A stretch of 47,351 nt of DNA from Flavobacteriales bacterium (GTDB lineage Bacteria; Bacteroidota; Bacteroidia; Flavobacteriales_G; JALEGO01), in the NCBI GenBank assembly GCA_022763165.1, contig JALEGO010000161.1:1-47351 (forward strand), written 5' to 3'. Shown in pieces: positions 28,450 through 36,186 of this stretch; the stretch's first letter is position 1, and each line of letters begins with the position of its first letter. Under the pieces are notes generated by a model, which worked only from the letters and a program-made list of their open reading frames with translations, ran no database searches and was not told the origin of the DNA. Made by a program: the position numbers and the translations under genes.

Positions 28450-28991
28450 TGTACGGAATTGTAAATAAGGGCGTTCAATCTTTGGTTACGGATAATTGGG
28501 GAGATGAAATGTGGTCCAATATACTTGAGGACAGCAAAATAGAAGTTGACCTTTTTCTAAGTAATGAAATATATGATGATGAGATTACATACAAGTTGGC
28601 GATAAGTGCATCCAAACTCTTGGATGTTTCTGTAGGAGATGTTTTGTATGAATTTGGAAAGCATTGGGTACTTAAAACATCAATAAAGCACTACGGTAAG
28701 TTAATGGAGTCAGGAGGAGCAAACCTTAAGGATTTCCTCATTAATTTACCCAACTTTCATAGCAGGGTCATGTTAATTTTCCCAAAGATTACTCCTCCAG
28801 AATTTAAAGTAACACAGATAGAAGAGAATTCACTTCACTTACATTACTTCTCAAAACGAGAAGGCTTGAAAGAATTTGTAAGAGGTATCGTGAAAGGGTT
28901 GGGTACGATGTTCGAAACACCTGTAGAGATTGAATTAGTGGAAGACAGAGATGCAGGAGATGATCATGAAGTATTCAAAATCACTTGGTAA
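28449..28991 (+). CDS. hnoX: H-NOX (heme nitric oxide/oxygen-binding, HNOB) sensor protein, sGC-beta/Nostoc type
   Basis: N-terminus MYGIVNKGVQSLV (compare sGC beta1 MYGFVNHALELLV and Nostoc MYGLVNKAIQDMI). IYDDEITYKL..SASKLL. Proximal His in NLPNFHSRV (His104, nt 28758-28760). Heme-propionate motif YxSxR in LHYFSKREGL (nt 28845-28859). Length 180 aa. Confidence 0.9.
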   Translation: MYGIVNKGVQSLVTDNWGDEMWSNILEDSKIEVDLFLSNEIYDDEITYKLAISASKLLDVSVGDVLYEFGKHWVLKTSIKHYGKLMESGGANLKDFLINLPNFHSRVMLIFPKITPPEFKVTQIEENSLHLHYFSKREGLKEFVRGIVKGLGTMFETPVEIELVEDRDAGDDHEVFKITW

Positions 28992-29003
28992 AATTAAAGC
29001 TTG

Positions 29004-32000
29004 ATGGCTCAGCTGAATGATCAAAACTTGGAACGTCTCTTTCCTTTTTACTTTGTTATCGATCAAAATTTAACGATTACTCGATTTGGGAGGGGACTGG
29101 AAAAACTTGCAGGAGACACCAGAGGGAAGAGTTTTGAAGAAGTATTTCAAGTTGATCGGCCTAAAAGCTTGGCATTGAAGTTTGAGGCTTTTCATGAATA
29201 TCTCAATCAGATTTTCCTCATTGAGCTTAAGAATATTCAAGGTCAAACTGTCCTTTTAAAAGGGCAATTCGTAGAAACTGATCAAAAGGAACTTTTATTT
29301 GCAGGTTCTCCCTGGCTCACTAGTGTCGAGGAAATGAGCGAAAAAGGGTTATTGATCACAGACTTTGCATTGCATGATTCCACGGCAGATCTATTGCAAA
29401 TTTTGAAAACACAGGAAATTACCAATCAAGACTTACAGGAATTAGCACATGTTCTTAAAGCCAAAACGAAAGAATTAAAAGAAGCGCAGAAAATACTGTC
29501 AGAAAATCAAAGAAAATATGTTCAGCTGGTGGAAGAAGCGAGTGATATGATATTCACTGTTGATACTGATGGGAATTGTACATATGTGAATGATATTGCC
29601 TCCAAGATCGTAGGGTATCCTATGGAAGAACTAATTGGAATGCCATTTCATCAATTGGTAAGGGAAGATTATTTACCCAAAGTGGCCAAGTTCTACACCA
29701 AGCATTTTTCGGAAAAGCTCGATACATCATATTTTGAATTTCCGATCGTGACTAAATTTCAATCTGAACTGTGGGTTGGTCAAAATGTGAAAGCACTCTT
29801 TGAAAATGGAAAAATCACGGGTTTTCATTGTATTGCTCGAGATATTTCAAAGCTAAAAATACAGGAAGAACGAATTAAAAGGTTAGCTAAATTTCCTGAT
29901 GAAAACCCAAATCCAGTTCTAAGGGCAACTTACTCGGGCGATATATTGTATCATAATCCTTCAAGTAAGTACCTTCTAAAACTTTTGGATATTAATGACT
30001 CCAATAAACTCCCTAAACCCATTTTAGACGCGATTAATCAAATATCTGAGGAACATATAGAAATACAACTAGATTTATCCAATGCTACTTTTTCTTTCTC
30101 TTTAGCAAAGATTGAGGAATTTGAATATGTGAATATATACGCTAAAGATATCACTGACTTAAAAAGAGCTTCCCAAAAAATTGATGAACAAAAGGATTTC
30201 TATGAAAGTATTTTAAATAATATTCCTTCAGATATTGTGGCTTTTGATAAGGACCATCGATATTCATTTGTTAACCCAGTAGCAGTAAAAAATGAGGAAA
30301 TCAGGAAATGGCTCATTGGTAAAAACGATTTTGAATACTGTGAATATCGCAACAAGCCAATATCTCTTGCGGAAGCTAGAAAAGCCAAATTTGAAGAAGT
30401 AAAAAAACGCAAGGAAACCATAGAATGGGAAGAAAACTTTAATGGTCAATTTCAATTGAGGAAAATGAGTCCAGTCTATGATGATAATGGTCAGTTGAAA
30501 ATGGTCATGGGTTATGGAGTGGATGTCACCAACATAAAAGAAGCCGAACAGGAAATTAAGGCCCAAGAAGAAAAATTCAGAACGGTCTTTGACCAATCGA
30601 ATGATGGAATTATCCTACATGATTTCAGAGGAGTCATATTAGATGTCAACGACAGATTGTGTGAAATGCTAGATTATTCAAAGAAGGAGATTCTTGCGCT
30701 AAACATCCTGGATTTACATCCATCCTCTGAACTCAAAAAATCAGAAGAATCATTTCTTCGCATCGCTCAGAAAGGTTATGATAATTTCGAAATCTTATTC
30801 AAAAAAGCAAATAGATCAGCCATAGAAGCTGAGGTATCGGCAAGTATCATTGAGATTAAAGGAAAGAAATATATTCAAGGAACCATTCGTGACATTACGC
30901 TACGGAAGTCTACGGAAAGACAGATGATTGAAGCGAAAGATTTGGCTGAAAATGCAGTCAAAGCCAGAGAAAACTTTTTGGCCAACATGAGCCATGAGAT
31001 ACGCACACCAATGAATGCCATTTTAGGTATGAGCAAATTATTGCAAAGTGATAAAAACACTGAAAAAGAGGCACGTTATCTCAAAAGCATTAGAGGGTCA
31101 GCCCAGAATCTACTAGTCATCATCAACGACATTCTTGATTTTTCTAAAATAGATTCTGGTAAATTGGAATTTGAAAATGTAGGTTTCAAAATCAAAGACC
31201 TCGTTAGTCAGGTGGTGTCTACAAATGAATACCGCGTGACAGAGAAAGATATCGTTTTAAAAATGGAGTTTGATGCCGCTATTGATGATCAATTGGTGTG
31301 CTTGGGGGATCCAACTCGACTAACGCAAATTCTTACAAACTTAATCGGAAATGCAGTAAAATTCACCGAGAAAGGAGAAGTGTTGATTTTAGTGGATGTA
31401 CTTGAAAATACGGGTACCAATATACAGTTGCGTTTCACCGTTCATGACACCGGTATTGGTATTCCAGAAAGTAAAATTGACAAGATTTTTGAAGGGTTCA
31501 GCCAAGCAGATTCTAGCACAACAAGAAGGTATGGTGGAACGGGCTTGGGACTCTCTATCACTCGCAAATTGATCTTGCTCCAAGGTGGTGGAATTCGCGT
31601 ACACAGTGTAGAAGGTCAGGGTTCTGATTTCATTGTGAGGTTAGGATACCAAATAGGTTCAGGAAACGATTTGCCATCAGATCATCATAAGGAAATAGTT
31701 GCGGATTTGTCTGGCATGAAAGTCTTGTTGGTAGAAGACAATAAAATAAATCAATTCTTTGCAACAAGCTTAATGGAACCCTGGGGATTAAAAATCTCCA
31801 TTGCAAACAATGGTAAAGAGGCTGTTGAACTTGTTGGGAAAGAGTCTTTTGACCTCATTCTAATGGATATTCAAATGCCAGTAATGGATGGAATGGAAGC
31901 AACAAAAAAGATTCGAGATGAGTTGAAGATCAAAACACCGATTATCGCATTGACAGCCAATGCGATCAAAGGTGATGAAGAAAAGTATTTAGCCATCGGA

Positions 32001-32486
32001 ATGGATGATTATTTGTCTAAACCTTTTGAAGCAGAAGATCTAAATCAGAAAATCACCAAGTATATGAGCAAGTTGTCAGAAACACATGTTGAGAATGATG
32101 CTCTATTTGTTGAAATAGATTCTGAATTACAACCGCTGTTCGATTTAACCAAGTTGAAGAAACAAGCTACTGGAAACATGGTTTTTGTGAATAAGATGGT
32201 GAAGCTGTTTTTAGAAGAAACCCCTCCCTCCCTAAAAACTCTAGAATTATCTTTGAAAGAAGGTAATTGGGAAAGGGTCAAGGCTATCGTTCATAAAATG
32301 AAACCTTCCTTTAAGATTTTGGGAATCAAACATTGGGAGGATCAAATGCCTGTTCTTGAAAAATGGGCAGATCAAATGTCTGAAGAGAATAAAGAGGGTG
32401 AACTCATAGAATCCATTCAAGACTTGTTAAAGCAAATGCCTTACGTTTTACAGCAGATGAAGGATTACTTAGAGTCTCAAAACTGA
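29004..32486 (+). CDS. hybrid sensor histidine kinase: HNOBA + multiple PAS + HisKA + HATPase + REC + Hpt
   Basis: The ATG at 29004 follows the TTG at 29001. The N-terminal ~160 aa (about 29030-29500) resemble the sGC H-NOX-associated (HNOBA) domain: LFPFYFVIDQNLTITRFGRGLEKL..., LLKGQF, LLFAGSPW, GLLITDFALHDSTADLL (sGC beta1: FPFHIIFDRDLVVTQCG, LKGQM, ILFLCSPS, GLYLSDIPLHDATRDLV). About four PAS-like modules follow. H-box FLANMSHEIRTPMNAILG (His at 30993-30995). N/G boxes NLIGNAVKFT and DTGIGI..GGTGLGL. Receiver KVLLVEDN..DLILMDIQMPVMDG (Asp at 31866-31868). Hpt AIVHKMKPSFKILG (His at 32292-32294). Confidence 0.9.
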   Translation: MAQLNDQNLERLFPFYFVIDQNLTITRFGRGLEKLAGDTRGKSFEEVFQVDRPKSLALKFEAFHEYLNQIFLIELKNIQGQTVLLKGQFVETDQKELLFAGSPWLTSVEEMSEKGLLITDFALHDSTADLLQILKTQEITNQDLQELAHVLKAKTKELKEAQKILSENQRKYVQLVEEASDMIFTVDTDGNCTYVNDIASKIVGYPMEELIGMPFHQLVREDYLPKVAKFYTKHFSEKLDTSYFEFPIVTKFQSELWVGQNVKALFENGKITGFHCIARDISKLKIQEERIKRLAKFPDENPNPVLRATYSGDILYHNPSSKYLLKLLDINDSNKLPKPILDAINQISEEHIEIQLDLSNATFSFSLAKIEEFEYVNIYAKDITDLKRASQKIDEQKDFYESILNNIPSDIVAFDKDHRYSFVNPVAVKNEEIRKWLIGKNDFEYCEYRNKPISLAEARKAKFEEVKKRKETIEWEENFNGQFQLRKMSPVYDDNGQLKMVMGYGVDVTNIKEAEQEIKAQEEKFRTVFDQSNDGIILHDFRGVILDVNDRLCEMLDYSKKEILALNILDLHPSSELKKSEESFLRIAQKGYDNFEILFKKANRSAIEAEVSASIIEIKGKKYIQGTIRDITLRKSTERQMIEAKDLAENAVKARENFLANMSHEIRTPMNAILGMSKLLQSDKNTEKEARYLKSIRGSAQNLLVIINDILDFSKIDSGKLEFENVGFKIKDLVSQVVSTNEYRVTEKDIVLKMEFDAAIDDQLVCLGDPTRLTQILTNLIGNAVKFTEKGEVLILVDVLENTGTNIQLRFTVHDTGIGIPESKIDKIFEGFSQADSSTTRRYGGTGLGLSITRKLILLQGGGIRVHSVEGQGSDFIVRLGYQIGSGNDLPSDHHKEIVADLSGMKVLLVEDNKINQFFATSLMEPWGLKISIANNGKEAVELVGKESFDLILMDIQMPVMDGMEATKKIRDELKIKTPIIALTANAIKGDEEKYLAIGMDDYLSKPFEAEDLNQKITKYMSKLSETHVENDALFVEIDSELQPLFDLTKLKKQATGNMVFVNKMVKLFLEETPPSLKTLELSLKEGNWERVKAIVHKMKPSFKILGIKHWEDQMPVLEKWADQMSEENKEGELIESIQDLLKQMPYVLQQMKDYLESQN

Positions 32487-32489
32487 TTG

Positions 32490-32505
32490 GCCGTCTCTGC
32501 ACGGC
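32490..32505 (+). terminator. weak hairpin after the hybrid kinase gene
   Basis: GCCGT-ctctgc-ACGGC: 5-bp GC-rich stem with a 6-nt loop, 4 nt after the stop. The downstream T-tract is only weak. Confidence 0.25.
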
Positions 32506-32543
32506 ATTCTGTAAGAATCGAATTTTGCATTGGCAATATTATC

Positions 32544-32577
32544 CTCTCAAATTGAGAATCTAGTCTATTTCATAGAA
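32544..32577 (+). promoter_or_regulatory. composite operator/UAS copy 3: CTCTCAAATTGAGAA plus extension
   Basis: 13 of 15 central bases form a perfect palindrome. The extension TCTAGTCTATTTCATAGAA shares the invariant positions A19, C22, T23, T30, G32 and A33 with the other copies. Confidence 0.6.
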
Positions 32578-32630
32578 TTCCGAGATGATTTTTAATTGTT
32601 AAACATCACATTATCAAACAATTAATATTT

Positions 32631-32646
32631 GGGCACCAATTTGGCA
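32631..32646 (+). promoter_or_regulatory. candidate sigma54 promoter (-24/-12) for the REC-wza-wzc operon
   Basis: GGGCACCAATTTGGCA compared with the consensus TGGCACG-N4-TTGCW. GGCAC is present, the -12 GC has the correct 10-nt spacing, and there is one mismatch in TTGC. The GG lies 88 nt from the palindrome start. The ATG at 32668 is about 22 nt downstream. Confidence 0.5.
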
Positions 32647-32667
32647 TTTCACCAATAAACAAAACTA

Positions 32668-33159
32668 ATGTTTATGGAAAAGTCAAAAGTATTTATAGTT
32701 GAAGATGACCCATTTTACAGAGAAATGGTAGTCAATGAATTATCAAAAGACAAGAGCCTTGTTTTGGAGTCCTTTGACAATGGAACGGATTTTAAGAATA
32801 ATTTATACAAAAATCCGGATGTCGTTTTGATGGATTATGGTTTAGAGGATTCAGATGGATTAGCATTATTGAGAGAAATAAAAGGATTAAATCCAAACAT
32901 TGAGGTGATCTTTCTGTCAGCTCAGGAGAAGTTACAGGTAGCGATAAATTCACTGAAGTACGGAGCATTCGACTACATCACTAAAAATGATGCTGCCTTA
33001 TCTCGTTTATTGCCAACCATTAATCGAATTTTCACCATTAAGAATGCTCTATTGACTCAAAAACAATTTAAGCGATTCAAAATTGGAGCCATCGTCTTTT
33101 TTGCTGTACTAATTAGTCTTCTCGCTGCCATCGAAGTAGTAAAACCTGAATTATTGTAA
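32668..33159 (+). CDS. membrane tail-anchored response-regulator receiver (REC + single C-terminal TM helix)
   Basis: VFIVEDDP...VVLMDYGLEDSDG (Asp56, nt 32833-32835)...VIFLSA...K..AFDYITK. Then IGAIVFFAVLISLLAAIEVV (aa 139-158, nt 33082-33141) and only 5 more residues. There is no output domain. It is the first gene of the export operon. Confidence 0.8.
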   Translation: MFMEKSKVFIVEDDPFYREMVVNELSKDKSLVLESFDNGTDFKNNLYKNPDVVLMDYGLEDSDGLALLREIKGLNPNIEVIFLSAQEKLQVAINSLKYGAFDYITKNDAALSRLLPTINRIFTIKNALLTQKQFKRFKIGAIVFFAVLISLLAAIEVVKPELL

Positions 33160-33160
33160 A

Positions 33161-33883
33161 ATGAGATATTTATTCTACATAGTTATTCTATTCTGTGCTT
33201 CAGGTTGTGCCTATCAAAACATGATGCAAACACAAAGTGCTAGACCTATCTCAGATTTGAATTATGATTCTGCTTATTATCAAATCCGAAAAGATGATAA
33301 GATCAGTTTGAGCGTATGGAACCATGATGATCTGAGCATCGGATCTCTTTATGGTATTTATAATTCAAATGAGGTATACGGCAAGTGGGTTCTTGTGGAT
33401 GAAGCTGGAGAAGTAACTTTACCCAGAATCGGCTCCGTTAAAATTGAAGGTTTAAGCATCAAAGAAGCAGAAGACACGATCGTAAAAAGGCTCGCCAACC
33501 TAATTGTTGATCCAATCGTGAAACTTAAGGTCTTAAACCGGTCTGTTACAGTTTTGGGTGAAGTCAGGAACCCCGGAAGCTTTCCTTTGGAAAAAGAGAA
33601 ACATTATTTGCTGGAGATCATTGGCAAGAGCGGAGGCTTGGAATTTTATGCGGATAAAAGTTCTGTCAAACTGGTGCGACTATCAAAGGATGGCCCTGTA
33701 GAATATCAAATTGATTTAACTAAAGGAGAAGAGCTAGCCAAAACAAATGTGTTGTTGCAAAATGGAGATGTGATTTACGTGCCTACTCGAAAAGGAAAAA
33801 ATCTCGATAAAAAAGCCCCAACCTTAATTCCCTTCACTAGTGTCGTTACTGCTATTGTATTAGTCTTAACAGTTGTAAAATAA
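33161..33883 (+). CDS. wza: polysaccharide export outer-membrane protein (Wza-like; Poly_export + SLBB)
   Basis: Lipoprotein-type signal LFCASGC. Poly_export-like YQIRKDDKISLSVW and GEVTLPRIGSVKIEGLSIKEAE. SLBB-like VTVLGEVRNPGSFPL and NGDVIYVP. Confidence 0.8.
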   Translation: MRYLFYIVILFCASGCAYQNMMQTQSARPISDLNYDSAYYQIRKDDKISLSVWNHDDLSIGSLYGIYNSNEVYGKWVLVDEAGEVTLPRIGSVKIEGLSIKEAEDTIVKRLANLIVDPIVKLKVLNRSVTVLGEVRNPGSFPLEKEKHYLLEIIGKSGGLEFYADKSSVKLVRLSKDGPVEYQIDLTKGEELAKTNVLLQNGDVIYVPTRKGKNLDKKAPTLIPFTSVVTAIVLVLTVVK

Positions 33884-36186
33884 TGAATGATTCACAAAAT
33901 ATTAAACGGCTACTTTTACCACTTTTAAAAGGAATTCCATTTCTGGCTATTCTTTTGGTTGTGGCACTTTTTGCAGCTTATCGTTATGCAAAAATCATGG
34001 TCCCTAAGTACCAGTCCATCACTAAAATTAAGTTAGACCATACCGATCATGGAATATCAAGTTCCAATCTCTATAAGGATTTTGATGTCTTTGCGCACGT
34101 CAACAAGGTAAAGGCAGAGGAAGAATTACTCACCTCCAATGTGCTCATCAAGAAGGCTATACAAGCTCTAGGAAGCAATATTAAGGTCTTTCGCATTGGA
34201 GAGTTCAGAAAATCAGAGTTGTACGATGAGTCACCCATCATCATCCAATTTGACACTTGCCCTGTGAATTTCTATAACAAAGAAATCTATGTAGAAATTT
34301 TAGATGAAGAATACTTCAGCATATCTGAGCTCAAAGCTAAAAACGGACAGCGTTGTCAATTCGGTGAGGAAATCTTTTTATCAGGGGCAAAGTTGAGAAT
34401 TGTACTAAACCGAGATTTAATTGATGGAAGAGCCGACTTCCACTTACAAGATTTGTATTCATTCAAAATTCAAAATGAAATGTCTCAAGTTGCGGACATA
34501 AAGTCCAGGTTGGATGTGCAAGCCGTTGATAAAGATGTGGCTGTATTGAGATTGGTTTATGAAGATGAAGTGCCTACAAGAGCTGCTGAGTTCGTGAATA
34601 CTTTGGCTGAAGCATACATTAAAGATTATGTAGAACACAGAACCGAATCAGCTTCCATAACAGTTGATTTTATTGATTCTCAATTAGATGCTGTAAAGTC
34701 TAAATTACGGAAATCAGAAAGTAGAATAGAATCTTACCGACTAGATAAAAACATCATCAACACTCGCCAAGAAACTGAAACCGATTTAAGAAAAATATCA
34801 CAACTAAAAATTCAACTGGCCAACCTTGAAATGAATCAGGCTGCATTGGATTCTCTTGTATTTTATATTCAATCGGAGCAGGTAGACTTTTTGAATAAGG
34901 CACCAAATTTTGAAGCATTCAATGATTTGCTTTCAACAGAATTGGTGAAACAAATCAAAGCTGCTAGAGCCGAAAAAAGAGAAGTGCTTTTAAAGTATAC
35001 GCCAGGATCGGATGAGGTACAACTTGTCGAACAGAAAATTCAGGATCTGGTGAATTACTTAAAAGAAAGCATTAACAATACGCGTAAAAACATAAGGATC
35101 AAAAGAAAGCAAATTGACAATGCCATTATCGCTTCAGAAAAGGTTTTTGAAGGTTTACCAACAAAAGAAAAGGAAATGATGATCATGGAAAGAGACTTCC
35201 AACTGAACCAAAAAGTATACAACTTCTTAACCGAAAAAAGAACAGAAGCGGCTATTGTGGCGAATGCTAATATGGCCTTTCATAGAATCATCGAAAAAGC
35301 AGAAATTCCGAAAGAATCTGTAACAATTAAGTCTACCTTTTTGATGGTTCTTAGTGGATTCTTAGCATTAGTATTTGGTATCGCAATCATCTACTTAAAA
35401 GAATATGTGAAAGGAACCGTAAACTCAAGAGATCAAATTGAGCAGGGTTCGACTGTTCCGGTAGCAGGAATCATTAAGAAGAATGGTAGTGACCAAGAGG
35501 GACATTTCATCGACTTGGCTTCCAGTTTGTATCTAAAGAAAAAAGTAAACGATTCATTGAAAATCGCACTTACCTCTTCTATTTCAGGAGAAGGAAAATC
35601 ATACGTTACAGCGCATTTAGGAAAAGCTTTTGCGAAATTAGGATATCGTACCCTATTGATAGACTTCAATAGTTATAGTCCTAGTTTGCACAGAAAATTT
35701 GAAGTACAAAACACAATTGATTTACGACTTATTAATGAAGAATCAGTTGATAAAAATGAACTGATAACAAATATTTCTGAGCATCTCGATTTGATAACCA
35801 ATCAGGGTGGGCAGAATATCAATGGAGGTATTTTACATCATAAAAGATTTGCTTCAAATTTTGAGGTTATTGTTCAGGACTATGACATTGTGATCATTGA
35901 TACGCCTGCCAGTGCGTTATCACCTGATGCCATGGCTTTAATGCAAAAGGCTGATTTGAGTTTGTATTTATTCAAAGCTGGATATACGAGAAAGCAATAT
36001 TTATTAAATCCAGACCTTATTGCTGAGGAATATGGCATAAACAACATGATGACCTTGCTTAATGGGGCACATAAAGCAATGAATTTCAATGGAAATTATA
36101 CAGGCAGTTCGTACTCCTATAAATTGAAGAATGAGAACCTCAAAGGTCGTATTTCAAGATATATCAGATCATATATAAAGGCATGA
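33883..36186 (+). CDS. wzc: Wzc/GumC-type polysaccharide co-polymerase with a C-terminal BY-kinase-like P-loop domain
   Basis: Two TM helices flank a long coiled periplasmic Wzz-like region. Walker A SSISGEGKSYV. Walker B YDIVIIDTPA. C-terminal Tyr-rich tail NGNYTGSSYSYKL...RYIRSYIKA (about 36088-36183). TAATG overlap with wza. Confidence 0.8.
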   Translation: MNDSQNIKRLLLPLLKGIPFLAILLVVALFAAYRYAKIMVPKYQSITKIKLDHTDHGISSSNLYKDFDVFAHVNKVKAEEELLTSNVLIKKAIQALGSNIKVFRIGEFRKSELYDESPIIIQFDTCPVNFYNKEIYVEILDEEYFSISELKAKNGQRCQFGEEIFLSGAKLRIVLNRDLIDGRADFHLQDLYSFKIQNEMSQVADIKSRLDVQAVDKDVAVLRLVYEDEVPTRAAEFVNTLAEAYIKDYVEHRTESASITVDFIDSQLDAVKSKLRKSESRIESYRLDKNIINTRQETETDLRKISQLKIQLANLEMNQAALDSLVFYIQSEQVDFLNKAPNFEAFNDLLSTELVKQIKAARAEKREVLLKYTPGSDEVQLVEQKIQDLVNYLKESINNTRKNIRIKRKQIDNAIIASEKVFEGLPTKEKEMMIMERDFQLNQKVYNFLTEKRTEAAIVANANMAFHRIIEKAEIPKESVTIKSTFLMVLSGFLALVFGIAIIYLKEYVKGTVNSRDQIEQGSTVPVAGIIKKNGSDQEGHFIDLASSLYLKKKVNDSLKIALTSSISGEGKSYVTAHLGKAFAKLGYRTLLIDFNSYSPSLHRKFEVQNTIDLRLINEESVDKNELITNISEHLDLITNQGGQNINGGILHHKRFASNFEVIVQDYDIVIIDTPASALSPDAMALMQKADLSLYLFKAGYTRKQYLLNPDLIAEEYGINNMMTLLNGAHKAMNFNGNYTGSSYSYKLKNENLKGRISRYIRSYIKA

